Both the position numbers and the translations under genes were made by a program. A stretch of 63,646 bases of DNA, filler included, from Psammoneis japonica (Eukaryota): NCBI GenBank assembly GCA_008632985.1. It is 4 parts of 4 records of this genome, joined end to end, with 100 filler letters (N's around TTAATTAATTAA, not from the genome) between each part and the next. Parts side by side here need not be neighbours in the genome. Positions count along the whole stretch, not along the records: positions 28,114 to 55,808 come from QPGO01000409.1; positions 55,909 to 62,255 come from QPGO01000515.1; 2 more parts are not named here. One strand, given 5' to 3'. Below the pieces are notes generated by a model that saw nothing but the letters and a program-made list of their open reading frames with translations, made no database searches and was not told the DNA's origin. How positions within the stretch are numbered: the first letter of the stretch is position 1; each line of letters starts with the position of its first letter. Below are positions 50,801-62,355 of the stretch, piece by piece.

Positions 50801-51456
50801 CTACTACTCTCATCTGCTCCTTCTTCTTCTCCTTGCGTCGTCGCAGCAGCAGCCTCCATCTCTAGTATGATTGGTTCTTCTAGACACAATCGTGGTGTTG
50901 CAATTTTCGTTTCTTCAAAATAAATACAATCAAGGGCACGTGCCGATGCGGCAGAAATGGCATGTTTGACCTTTTGGTAATGAACGATCGATCCCACATG
51001 CATGCGTGGTTCGACTCCTGGCAATGTCCCCGCCGGAAAGGTACGACCCGAAACGGGACATGTAAATGTCACGGTCCACCATGAGCGATTCGATAATCGA
51101 CTCAAGGTACGCGTATAGCAGGCGTCTGCATCCAAGATACAATCGGGGTGGTTTGTTTTGTAATATAAATTGAGCTTGTAATTGGGATGTTCCGAGCTAG
51201 AGACCCATAGTGGAGGGGTTGTTGATGTTGCTGATTCTGCAGGAGTAGTTTCAGTGTTTGTAGTTGTTACTTCTGTTGATACTTTGTCGTCTTGCTGCTG
51301 CTGTTGAACTTGACTGTGCATCAACTGAAATTGTGCAACAAACTGACGTGGTACTCGGTTTCCTGTTACTGTGAACGTTGTAGCACGTCGACGAAGCACA
51401 CAAGATGATGCAAGCAATCGACGACCACCACGCCGCAGTAGGGCTATCGATGCCAT
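47824..51456 (-). CDS. Pentatricopeptide-repeat protein with probable mitochondrial presequence and an N-terminal dsRBD-like domain
   Basis: 1210-aa ORF with an Arg-rich, acid-free N-terminus; PPR-like PNVETYNTVIQLW, PNRETF, PDTVMYN, PNIETYESVIQAW and PRLQTFHPILAAW; WTVTFTCPVSG...KHAISAASARALDC. Confidence 0.85.
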   Translation of the reverse strand: MASIALLRRGGRRLLASSCVLRRRATTFTVTGNRVPRQFVAQFQLMHSQVQQQQQDDKVSTEVTTTNTETTPAESATSTTPPLWVSSSEHPNYKLNLYYKTNHPDCILDADACYTRTLSRLSNRSWWTVTFTCPVSGRTFPAGTLPGVEPRMHVGSIVHYQKVKHAISAASARALDCIYFEETKIATPRLCLEEPIILEMEAAAATTQGEEEGADESSSDEEMESDVELETDDNIHDEPPPVLISSSPHGPNEVEMFGSDETIPPPPRSIPRLGVTTYDLENVEDNNEQEEEEYTLQHMSTEKTAMDRVLKAWAKSVQTHPATTKQDDDLSWSTLPLSRDDASYPYSEQQHQAIIDGALAWYRTAKGINNNKNDTKKKKNTFAKSLFQPFPQKDLVTVDAAISVLGALANINAQQSAMKASVEPLAKGIVKLLHEHKECQLTADVYNVYMKCFSGTDEEVARRADVLLTKMLDGNNNRALYQQQQDEVLLPKPNVETYNTVIQLWGRVGRQIGRDFIRKNYNSLTRDVDSNTKEIVIKDGLLIPNRETFLSIMACWTNGCKTGEPHDVPTLFSNDAHSKRWIERAKRYSQRFQDETLQPDTVMYNAHLRRASGIHDVPPWSRHIPWDRHDVIFAKGFREQQQQHMYDGLTIEARRMAEWMDDMETSHESNVSPNIETYESVIQAWVRTGTLDGLLQAEALAMRLIASQLVAPTTIVPRLQTFHPILAAWAYSGHETGPQKVAEWIQRLQEQSKTTQQVSPDGRVKALPITAWRTRIQRLVEAAREESRISRSDVDGSDSNNEIDAIVGAAQSCSSELESLCNSLRQVRLEQSRPEFFVESSAFEDAIQAWGHVASFLFSPTLQQKQGFSHHHATAEILHIVRQFDETIDFYESFQGTDTDTGWHSRQLNHLLHNAPNVYNTAIGIFNEIDSNAPKHPDVDPLKQPIEKQMLFARNLSWVETMVRKSVIHHHTLLERRDALRSSEFSRKDYSGISSNSKYPEEDDDSTVVYADLYNYHSEKANLSLTSQSVPAILDLFQQVVIGCKCLSPEFEAGDAVRLCMLILDFLKGYSPSEPRLMEVEATELYCSMSSVIASKVSPPLQRAALIEHVRSHVSSLDNIKEGKRPSSKTEGSKGGKEEEADDNTASRKLVVVKSKVFSHLDAVLEYYKKVDRNNRGSGVISKKPKRASGKRRRTRGKRKHQKKNHQKKN

Positions 51457-52174
51457 TATTTTTTTTCTTTTGTAGTTTCAACAAGACATGGGATATTTGT
51501 ATATAATCAACCAAAGGCTATAACGAGACAAGTAAAGGGTAGTGATAATGTGAACAACAAGGCAAAGCAAAAATAATTTTGTGGGAAGGAAGTCGCGGTC
51601 CAAAGTGGGAATTTGCAAAAGAGGATGAACGGCGTGAAGGGCAGGAAGAATCTGGTCAAACAAAGATGCCGAATTCCTCTCTGCGGACGCGACGGAGCAT
51701 GACATTATCAGCTTTCGGTGGTTGCACTTGAAAGTAACCGCCGAAAAGGCCTGGGGCAATAGATGACTATCAGTTGTTGGGGAAATATATTTATTAACAT
51801 TTAATATATTTTATACTCGTTTAAAAATGTCTCTCCCGTTTCCCTTTTAAAAATCTCAGATTCATAAATTTTTTAATTTACGATGAAATGGAATGATACG
51901 GAAAAAATTCAAAATGACTCCGTACATACCGCTCCACGGTAGCCGTAGCTTTTATACCACATCCTACCTGCTGTTTTGGGTGTCGCACACTTGTACGCCA
52001 ATTGTTCGCGTTGCCATGACCTCAAAACGCGTTGTAGAGTCGTCTCCATTCAAGTGTAGCACTCCGGCTATTGTTACCAGCATCACACAAACGCCTAGCT
52101 ACAAGACTCCTTTGCTCATGATCCCATAGAAAAATCAAGGATCGATATAATATTTGTGATTTCACACAACGAAA

Positions 52175-55100
52175 ATGGCGACGAGTTCATCATCACCTCT
52201 CCATCATGCAAGGCTTGTGCATTCCGTCACGTGGCTCGGACAACATGTTCCCACTTGTGTTTTGGTTCGACTTGGGAATGAAATTCAACAAGTTGAAGAT
52301 GAAGATGAACACAGTATTGTTCATCAAGATGATACCGGTGATGATCATTTGAGTGATTTATCCGATGAATTTGAAAATGAATTTTTGTCACAATCCGAAC
52401 GTGTGCGACTGCAATCTCTCAAGGAAGAAGAACAAGATGATTCGGATCATGACGATGATGTTATTTTGAACGATTCCAAAACGAGTCGACATTCTTCTGT
52501 ATACAAGGCAATCATGACAGAGAAACAACAACCTTTGGAGGACAGTGGTGGTACGTGGTCCTCTCTAGAAAAAGATATTCCCATGAAGCGACGTCAGCTG
52601 GTGGATCAAGTCATTGCGTCTTCCAAACAACAACAACAAGAATCAGTGACGTCTTCTCCAAAACGATTATCCACCAAACTCGAACACAACAAGCTACCCT
52701 ATGCTTGCAAACACGAATGTGCATTGCTCTATGTCGATATATCGGGCTTTACTAAACTTTCCAAATTGCTTGACCCAGAAAGTCTTTCGGAAGTAAGTAT
52801 AATGTGTTTTTTTCGATTTATATGTTTGATAAGGTCATTCTCACCTAAAACTCCGTTCTCTCGTTAGGCAATTAATTCTTATTTTCACTTGATTGTCGAT
52901 GACGTGACAGCCATGGGTGGAGACATTTTAAAGTTTGCGGGCGATGCGCTCTTTGCCGAATGGAGAGCCGTCTCCTCGGCGGCCGACGAAAAAGAGGACT
53001 TGCAGCAGCCAGATGATGGTATTCCTCATTCGGCGGATCCCATTGTACGAATGACATTGGAAGATTGTGTCGTGGCGGCTGCCACGTGTGGTGCCTTGAT
53101 TGTATCGAAATATTCCAATTTTCCAGTCTCGACGGAATCCTCGTTGTCCAACCGAAACGCGGCAACGTTAAATGTGCATTGTGGACTCGGGGCGGGCAAG
53201 GTGGTGGGAGTGCATGTGGGGGACCATGAACACCGAAGAGAATATCTTGTATTGGGAGAACCCATTAAGCAATCGACAGAAGCCGCCAACAAGGCGGCGT
53301 TGGGGGAATTTGTTGCATCTCCACAAGCTCTGGCGGTCATGTCGAAAAAGTGTACGTTGGACCCACAAATCTCGGTGAATACCAAAGAGGCTGTCATGAT
53401 TGCCAAAAAATCATGCGCACTCTTTACCGTCAATCAATACTTTCAACAACGACGTTGTTCGGTCAATTATATTTGGGAAGATTGGGACAGTGCCACGTTA
53501 CAACGGTATCGAAAACTCATTTCGCTCTATGTCCATCCCGTTGTGACGAACAATGATCAAGATGCATTCAAGACGCATCATCAACATCAACGACGACGAC
53601 GTAACAGCATGCAACAACGATCCATTCAAGATGAAGCGGAACTTCGATGTGTCTATGTCATGTTTATTCAAATGCATCGTCTCAAGGTGAATGTTACGGT
53701 AACATCAAGGAGGATCAAAAGTTGTTTCGGCTGTTGAATGATATTATGGAGCTTACGACACGGGAATTGAATCGATTTTGTGGTCATTTGCGACAATTTA
53801 TTGTGGATGATAAGGGTAAGAAGGGATACACTATTGGCCGGAACAATGTTATGATAGGACCAATTCAGTCCGTCTTACAAATTTCATGTTGCGTCGCTTT
53901 ACTTTTGCAGGATTGGTTCTCATCGCGACGTTCGGTTTGAGGGGCTCGACGTTTCCAAACATGTAAGTGTTCACTGTTTCATCGATGCTCTCTATGTGTA
54001 TTTCAAACTCTCATCGCAACTGACTCTGCGCAATGACTCTGTTCAAAAAGGGTGACGGAACGAGCTTTGCCGGCAACAACCACAATTCATAATGCGCTAC
54101 AATCTGAGCTTGGCGTTCACAATCGTATAGGAGCAACACTGGGGGATGCTTATTGCGGGTTAATTGGGGGCGAGAAACGACACGAGTTTGCCATCTTGGG
54201 ACCGTCGGTGAATCTGGCTGCCCGACTCATGACAAACAAATCCAATCCGGGTATTTTGGTGGACGACGCGATTCGAATGAAAGCCGGCAAGTCGTTTGGA
54301 TTTAATGCGCTTGATCCAGTGATTGCCAAGGGCTTTGCGGCGCCTGTTCCGATTTTTGTGCCGCTCAGCTCTCTGGAACGGGGATGGGGAAAAATTAAAA
54401 CGAGCTTTGTTGGTCGCAAAGCGGAGATTAAAAAGCTTGCGGGAATTGCTCGAGAAATGTCGTCGTCGAGGAACGCCCTGGCAAAAATGGTGCTGGTTAC
54501 TGCGAAACCGGGCACGGGGAAAACCAGTATGGTCATTCATGCGATTGATTACATTCGTAGGGTGACGTCTCGAAAGCGACAGCGGGTGCTGATTGCAAAG
54601 CACGTATGCAGGGAAAGCGATCGAATGGTGCCTTTTAGGTATGGGAAGACCTCTTCTGTTGGGTGTCGTTGTTGCTGTGGCATATCTCATATTTTCTGTA
54701 TCCTTTTTCAGTATGTTGCGTTCTATCCTACCCGAGATATTGGATGGAGTGCAGGGTTGGGAAGACGAAATGTCCGTTGCATCAACTTCAAAAACGTCGG
54801 TTATTTCGGGTATGACGTGGTCCACCGGTAATGATTCAGAAGCTGACATTCAATGGGAAAATGTTTCGGTCGGATCAGCAGCATCCCTCGGACAGGCTAG
54901 TCGCGCTTCACCGGATCGATTGCTTCGGCTCTTTCGCGAGATGGAGGCGCCGCCGGAATTTGTGGAACTTGTCGCGCATCACTTGTTTGGAATCGAAATG
55001 CCAGGTATACAAGAAATGTCCGAGAGAAAGGCACCTTCACTCCAACGAACAGTGAATTTCATGGTTCAGGCCTTTCAACGGTGCACTCAGCGAGCCAATC

Positions 55101-55808
55101 TGGTTATTATTGCACTTGATGATGTTCACAATATGGATGAAATGTCGTGGAAAGTGCTCCACAGGCTGTTTGTAACGACGAGTAATCTCTTGATGATTTG
55201 CACGTCCAAACCGTTGACTTCGTACGGGCTTGCCATTGATGATGTTTTCTGGAATGATTTAAACGAAACTTACAAGAGACAGAAGCGCTTCATTTCCATG
55301 AATTTGTCGACGCTGCGTGAAAGTGATATCCGGAGATTTCTAGCAAGGGAGCTTGGAGTAAAAGAGGAAGAGATAAGTGAACGCTTCTACCATTACGTCT
55401 TTACTCAAACTGGTGGGCAGCCTCAGTTTGCACAAGACATATTGCAGGATCTAAAGAGGCGAAGAATTGTTGGTATGGGTGAAGACCGCATGTTTGGTTG
55501 GAAGAACGACAGCTTTAGCAAGGATGACGTAAGAAGGCCGCTACTCTTGATATTTCTCGCGCTTTTTGAAAACCTTCTTGTTTCGCTCACTTTTGTTATG
55601 TATCTTTTTTTGTTTGAAGTTGGTTGCTGCTTCCATTGGCGAACTGATTGTTCATCGTGTCGACTCTTTTGACCAAGTGATTCGTAATGTATTAAACTTG
55701 GGCGCAGTCCTTGGAGATTCTTTTGAGCTTCTGGAACTCATTACGGTACTGCAGCAGATGGACACTCCTACTAGCTCTCAAGAGATTCCTCACGTAGAAG
55801 ATGTTTGC
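52175..55808 (+). CDS. Soluble-type (ADCY10-like) class III nucleotide cyclase: two cyclase domains plus a P-loop NTPase; multi-exon, cut by contig end
   Basis: LLYVDISGFTKL, GGDILKFAGDA, LNVHCGLG, RQFIVDDKG, IGATLG..YCG, GPSVNLAARLM, FVGR..E, PGTGKT, LDDVHNMD..SW, TGGQP. Confidence 0.92.
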
Positions 55809-55908
55809 NNNNNNNNNNNNNNNNNNNNNNNNNNNNNNNNNNNNNNNNNNNNTTAATTAATTAANNNNNNNNNNNNNNNNNNNNNNNNNNNNNNNNNNNN
55901 NNNNNNNN
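55809..55908. other. Artificial contig linker
   Basis: N44-TTAATTAATTAA-N44. Confidence 0.97.
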
Positions 55909-56099
55909 CCGTTTTTTGGCAAATCAAAGGGTGAGTGTGCACTTTGCATGCATTTTCGGGTGTACACTCACCTTTCGATTTTCGAAACGATCAAAATTGA
56001 AGGAGCAATTGCGCTAAACTGCGCAGAAATCGGCCTCTCGCATGATGAAAGCAGAGCACCTGGAGCTGGAACAGGCCAGCCAACAATGAGGAGCATTGC

Positions 56100-56477
56100 T
56101 GCTCGACAGTGCAGCCGTCATTTGGGTCATGTTGAGACAGCCAGCCACTCCATTTTTCTCCACAACATTGAACAAATTGTTGTCAGCAACCACGTGCTGC
56201 AGTGCATCCTTGCTCCAAAGAGTGCGCGCCAATGAGGAATGTCCCCATTTGCATGGCTGCTGCCATGTGGGTTGATCCAGCCAATGGACAGCCACGCCAC
56301 TGCCAGCCCACAAGGCTGTGTTTTTCAGGGAAAGAATGACTGACACCCTGCTGTGCCCCAGCCAACTGTGAGCAAGTGAGCTGACTGTCCGACACCCCTC
56401 GCCAGTTTGACCCCAACAGCGCGCACTCTGTTGTTTTCCCTGACTTGAAAATCAGGGTGCTTCTGCGCGCGCAAGGT
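56100..56477 (+). mobile_element. Copia (CoDi) protease-region fragment, related to about 59800-60155
   Basis: Shared GCTGCTGCC.TGTGGGTTGATCCA, CTGTGCCCCA.CCAACTG, CCAGTTTGA and TTCCCTGACTTGAA.ATCAGGGTGC. Confidence 0.8.
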
Positions 56478-56537
56478 GAGTTGAGTGCCAGAGCGGGACT
56501 TGGGCCTGTCTGCAGAGAAGACTTCAATGTCAAGGTC

Positions 56538-57770
56538 AAACAAACATGTCTTGACAACAAACATGTCGTTTCAAGGAAAACAAACATGTCGCTTCAAGAA
56601 AAATTGGCTTTTCAAGGAAAACAACGGGTTTCAAGGAAAACAAACATGTGGTTTCAATGAAAACAACCATGTCTTTTCTGGGAAAACAAATGTGTTGTTT
56701 CAAGAAAACAAACATGTCTTTTCAAGGAAAACAAACATTTCGTTTCAAGGAAAACAAACATGTCTTTTCAAGGAAAACAAACGTGTCGTTTCAAGGAAAA
56801 CAAACATGTCTTTTCAACGAAAACAAACGTGTCATTTCAAAGAAAACAAACATGTGGTTTCAAGGAAAACAAACATGTCTTTTCAAGGAAAACAAACATG
56901 TCTTTTCAAGGAAAACAAATGTGTCATTTCAAGAAAAACAATCGCGTCATTTCAAGGAAAACAAACATGTCTTTTCAGGGAAAACAAACATGTCTTTTCA
57001 ATGAAAACAAACATGTCGTTTCAAGGAAAACAAACATGTCTTGAAAACAAACATGTCTTTTCAAGGAAAACAAACATGTCATTTCAAGGAAAACAAACAT
57101 GTCGTTTCAAGGGGAAAAAAATGTGGTTTCAAAAAAACCAAACATGTCTTTTCAAGGAGCGAGAATGGCGTAGAAGAAAAAAATGTCAAAAGTTGATCAA
57201 TGCATGGCCTGACAATTGCGCTGTAAAATCACACAAAATTTCACCACAGTCACGCAGAAATGTGCACACGCAACACACGACGCGATTCAAAAAACTGTCG
57301 ATGTCACAGTTCAGCAGTGTGAGGTCCCACCTAGACCTGGAACGCGTCTGTCGTTTCAAGGAAAACAAATGTGTGTTTTCAAGGAAAACAAACATGTCGT
57401 TTCAAGGAAAACAAACANNNNNNNNNNNNNNNNNNNNNNNNNNNNNNNNNNNNNNNNNNNNNNNNNNNNNNNNNNNNNNNNNNNNNNNNNNNNNNNNNNN
57501 NNNNNNNNNNNNNNNNNNNNNNNNNNNNNNNNNNNNNNNNNNNNNNNNNNNNNNNNNNNNNNNNNNNNNNNNNNNNNNNNNNNNNNNNNNNNNNNNNNNN
57601 NNNNNNNNNNNNNNNNNNNNNNNNNNNNNNNNNNNNNNNNNNNNNTTTCAAGGAAAACAAACATGTCATTTCAAGGAAAGCAAGTGTGTCTTTTCAAGGA
57701 AAACAAACATGTCTTTTCATTGAAAACAAACATGTTGTTTCAAGGAAAACAAACATGTCGTTTTGAACAA
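56538..57770 (+). repeat. 23-bp satellite (TTTCAAGGAAAACAAACATGTCN), interrupted by unique sequence at 57160-57346 and by an N gap
   Basis: Period 23 (CAAGG at 56769 and 56792); translates with a 23-aa periodicity. Confidence 0.95.
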
Positions 57771-60700
57771 ATGCTGATGTGCTGTCACAAACACAGGCAG
57801 TTTGTGTGCTGTTGGCGATTGGTTCACTGTTGCTTGATCAGCGGCCCCAATGGCGCAACATCTCACAATTCTAGAACCCGCTGATGCTGCTCAACACTCT
57901 GTCTTGTCTTGCACCAAATTCTCAACCATCATGGTGGCATTTGGTCACTTTGTCAGAGCCAGCACGCTGTGATGTTCGTCGCCTGGAACGGGCATTGCAA
58001 ACGGTGTAACGGCATCGTTGCGATCAATTGATTTTTGTGGCAAGCGCCATGTTGGTCCCATGGTTGCTCGCGCAATTGCTGAGTCCTTTGTGTGTGTCAA
58101 CATTCATGGACATGAGCAACATGCTCTTGGAGACCAGAGCTGTGATCCGTCAGACATGACGTCATCACATGAAATGTTTGATCATGTGGATGGAACATGT
58201 CGGCTGAGACACGCAAACATTCGTGATGAAGACAACACAATGATTTGTGCACTGTCTGTCATTTGACCGCACACATCTCATCAATCAAAGTGCATCATCA
58301 AATTGTTTGGATGCTGCACATGTGGATGCATGTCTGTTGGACATTGTCGCTTGGGGGCAACACCGCCTGCTCATGGGTTCGCCAAGCAGAAACCGCCAAA
58401 TCGGCATGAGAGCCATGCATTTTTCTCACTTTCCTCCACTCACACAAGTGGGTGCTCATGCATCGAAACGCAAACAACTGCTGATGCGCCATGGCCGCTG
58501 CTGCAGCCTTTGCCGCCTGTCTTGCGCATTGTGGGCACAGTGCACAGACGTGCACCCACATGGCCCGCCAAGGCTTCACTGCTGTCGAGGACCTGGAGCA
58601 GGTCCCTTTGACTGAAATTGCCGACATGACGAAGGGCACCATGAAAAGCGTGGGTGCCGCTGCCAGCCCTCAAGTCCGCTTTCCACACCTGGCGAATCGA
58701 AAGCTCAAGGCACTGCACGCATGGATTGACTGCCGCAGAGCCCGGAACCAACAGCCGACCGCTGCTCTCTTCGCTGGCAACGTTTTTGGAACATGGGCGG
58801 CACGTCTGATGGAACTGGAGCAATTCAAGTCCGCCGACTCGGATGACGAATTGGCTGCCAAAACGGCCGTGGAGCTCAAGAACCCACACAACTGGCCCAC
58901 TTCCAAGAGTTGCTGGAGACCGAACTGCGCCACCACACAGCACCGTTGCCGAAGTTCCCCTCATCTGTCCAGCTGGGGAACATGAGGAAGTCACCGCCGA
59001 GATGTTGGCTGCCACCTGCGCTGCCATTGACGAGGACCTCATTGCTGCCACCCGCCTTGCGGGCGCTCAGCATGCACAGGACAGGCAACGACTGCATGAT
59101 CTCCTGAAGAAGTCAGTGATGGGGGGGCCCGATGGGCTTTTGTCAAACCTTCCAATCGCAGCCGCGATGGTCGCACTGCTTTCTTTGCACTTGAGAGGCA
59201 GGCGGAAGGATCAGCTGCCGCCACCACCCAAAAGAACCTGCTCATGCACAGATTGCTGCCGCGAAGTGCACCGGACGGGGTCAATTTGCATTTGACCAGC
59301 ACATTCAGCGTCATCAAAAGGCTCACAACGACTTGTCTGAGCTTGATGAACTGGTGGCCGAGACCAAGAAGGTCTCTGACTTTCTGAAGAGCATCTCCGA
59401 CCGGAGTGCTCTTGACGGTCCGAGTGAGAGCAAGTCCAAAAGCTCCGCGACGCCAAGAAGGCCAAAAAGAAATGCAAAGCTGCTGCTGTGTCCTTGGAAG
59501 CTGAGTCGGTCGATGCCAAAACTCTCGCTGTAAAGAAAGCGGCTGTTGCCGAGCCTGCTGCTCAACCTGCTGATGCGCCGAAAGACTCCGACGAGCCTGA
59601 CGAACCTGCCGCCAATGCAGGCACCCAGTTTGGATGCAGCGCACATGAGAAACCTCAGAATGAGGAATGAACAGTTGCGCCAGCACTGAAAGGCACAGAG
59701 CCAAATGTCGCTGAACCTGCTGGCACTGTTTGTTTGTCCGGGTGATTCTCAAAGGATGTGCGTGTCTCTTTGTCATCTGCTGGAAATTCAGATGACGAAG
59801 CCACCACTGATTTAGACTCGCACGCTGACACGTGTGCTGTTGGGTCCAATTTTGTGATGTGCTCTGACATCAACAGAACTGTTGTGGTGCACCCCCGCTC
59901 CGAAGAGCACGTGCCAATGGAGAACACTCCTGTTTGCGCGGCTGCTGCCGTGTGGGTTGATCCAACTGATGGACAACCGTGCTTGCTGCCAGTCCACGAG
60001 GCCATGTTTTTTGGGGACAAGATGACCAACACCCTTCTGTGCCCCAACCAACTGCAAGCAAATGGGCTGATTGTCCACGACACCCCTTGCCAGTTTGATC
60101 CGACTGGCGCGCACTCCATTGCTTTCCCTGACTTGAAGATCAGGGTGCCACTGCGAACAAGAGGCGTTGCTTCTGTCTTTGATTCACACGAGCCAACAAA
60201 TGAGGATCTGGAGAACCTCCCCCGGCTGGAACTCACATCAACCCCGAGATGGGAGCCTTCTGCTGATGCCATGGCGCAAAAGGAGGAAGCGCAGGCATGT
60301 GCCAGTGTGCGCCAAGGATCAGCAAAGTCGGGCGGATGGTCGACGACAATGAATGTGACCAGGTGTGTTGCTTCCATTCATTCACACCAAATGTCCTGTC
60401 ATGACGAGAGCGTCATTGTGGACACTGATGATGACAATTCATTGCATCGCCGCATGGTTGCTCAGGTGAATGTCTCCCACAACGACACCAAGGGAGACGG
60501 GCCACACGACCGGCATGACCTGGATGTCCACCTGGATTGTGCCGAGCAGAAACGGGTGCATGCACTGTCGACCTTGAGTCGTGCATCAACTGTCAGCCCG
60601 AGACACTCTCTAAAAGGTGGAACATTGGCCTGACGGCTGCTGAGAACACCATCAGAGTGATGACCCAGGCAGGGGTCCGCAATGTCTGCACACCATCCGA

Positions 60701-61246
60701 ACGGAAAGTCCGGAAGAAAGCCCTTGGCTCAAGTTCCCTGCTGTCAAGGGACGACTCCACTCCGACCAGATGTTTTCAAAGGTCAAATCGACACATGGCA
60801 AGATGGGAGGAAGCGCACTTGCCAACGGAAGAGGGTGTGACAGGTTCCATCCTTGGAAGAGGAAACAGGACCACCCAGATGCCGTCATGTCATTTGTGCA
60901 TGACGTTGGCACACCGCAGGTCCTTGTGTCGGATGGCGCGCCGGAAATGGCGGAAGGCCAGACCAAGGAGATCTGCAAGGAATGCAGGATGCACCAGGAG
61001 GTGTCCACTCCATGCAGCCCCTGGCAGAACCTGGCCGAGGCATCCATTCGTGAGTTGAAGAAAAGAGTCCGTGTGACTCTGCACTGGACTGGCGCTCACA
61101 GACGACTTTGGTCCCACAGCGCCAAATGGGCATGTGACATCCAACGCATGATTGCAGCCAGTGTGTCAGACATGGGAGGACAAGTCCCAGAAGAGGAGGT
61201 GACAGGTTCAACACCCGACATCTCTTCCCTCTCTCTCTTTGATTGG
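57770..61246 (+). mobile_element. Ty1/Copia (CoDi-type) LTR retrotransposon remnant: gag, protease, integrase; RT/RNase H missing
   Basis: gag from 58491 (RKLKALHAW); protease DLDSHADTC; LLCPNQL..NGL.V.D.P; ETLSKRWNIG...A..T...TQ.GVR; integrase VGTP..LVSDGA.E, PCSPWQNLAE..IRELK, TG.TPDIS...FDW. Confidence 0.9.
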
Positions 61247-61485
61247 TGAAAACAAACATGTCTTTTCAAGGAAAACAAACATGTCGTTTCAAGGGGAAAA
61301 AATGTCTTTTCAAGGAAAACAAACGTGTCGTTTCAAGGAAAACAAACATGTGTTTTCAAGGAAAACAAACATGTCATTTCAAGGAAAACAAACATGTCAT
61401 TTCAAAGAAAACAAACACGTCGTTTCAGGGAAAACAAGCACGTCATTTCAAGGAAAACAAACGTGTCTTTTCAAGGAAAACAAAC
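61247..61485 (+). repeat. 23-bp satellite array (about 10 units)
   Basis: Same unit as 56538-57770; begins exactly where the integrase frame stops (FDW). Confidence 0.95.
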
Positions 61486-61489
61486 ACCC

Positions 61490-62135
61490 CACCTCAAACC
61501 AAGCAAAAGCAGGCATGGAGCAGCGCCGCCAAAACTTGCAGACAGGCTCAAGTCCCACTCTGGCACTCAACTCTCAGCTTGTGCTCCGCACAAAACCCTC
61601 AGACAATGCTTGGCTCCAGCTGGCACCCAGAGGACTCAGTTGAAGAAACTCTGACACAAGAGCAACAGCTCTTTTCCTTTGATCTTGTTGACATGATCAT
61701 GTGGAACCATGGAGATGCTGCCGTGCACGTCATCTCTCCTTGATGACCTGTGTTCTCCCTGGCTGGACCTTTCTCACCAAACAGTTGCTCGCCGCTGAAC
61801 AGAGAGCAGCGCGGGTCACATTGTCAAATGTGGGCGCAGCTGAAACACAAATCAGCTCATCTTGTGTGGCCCGCAAGCTCTTGGTGGTGGCAGGTTTTGA
61901 CCGCCAGACATCAAAAAAGGAGTTGCTCAATTGCGGGTGCTGCTCAAGCATTCCAGAGGTGTCACACATTTTCATCTGGGAGAGTGTCAACCCCACAAAA
62001 TGCTGCACATTGCAGTCTCATGGATCCAACTGAACTTGGGGACAGGCGCGAGCTTCTTGTGGGGTGCAGATGCTGTTATCTGCACATGGAATTGTGTTGG
62101 TTTGCTTCCGTCAGTGCGTTCTTGCACAGAATTCA
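61490..62135 (+). mobile_element. Ambal-like LINE fragment (end of RT and post-RT region)
   Basis: QLSACAPHKTL...APAGTQ..QL, KCG...NT...ILCGPQALGG..F, GVAQL..LLKH.R and WIQLNLG match the post-RT pattern of these LINEs as I recall it. Confidence 0.65.
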
Positions 62136-62139
62136 AGGC

Positions 62140-62255
62140 AAACTCATGTTGTTTTAAGAAAGACAATGTGTCATTTCAAAAAAAATGTCAATTCAAGGAA
62201 AACAAACATGTTCTTTCAAGGAAAACAAGCGTGTCTTTTAAAGGAAAACAAACAC
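62140..62255 (+). repeat. 23-bp satellite array running into contig end
   Basis: Same unit, more degenerate. Confidence 0.9.
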
Positions 62256-62355
62256 NNNNNNNNNNNNNNNNNNNNNNNNNNNNNNNNNNNNNNNNNNNNT
62301 TAATTAATTAANNNNNNNNNNNNNNNNNNNNNNNNNNNNNNNNNNNNNNNNNNNN
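62256..62355. other. Artificial contig linker
   Basis: N44-TTAATTAATTAA-N44. Confidence 0.97.

Noticed and set aside
56478..61573. 37-bp inverted repeat as the TIRs of a 5-kb DNA transposon
   Set aside because: The right copy lies inside LINE-like coding sequence (ADRLKSHSGTQLSACAPHKTL) and no TSD is evident. Two LINE fragments explain it better.
56538..62255. 23-bp repeats as a CRISPR array or a repeat protein (FQGKQTC/KENKH ORFs)
   Set aside because: Units are head-to-tail without spacers, there are no cas genes, the context is eukaryotic, and ORFs are open in all three frames only because the unit has no stops.
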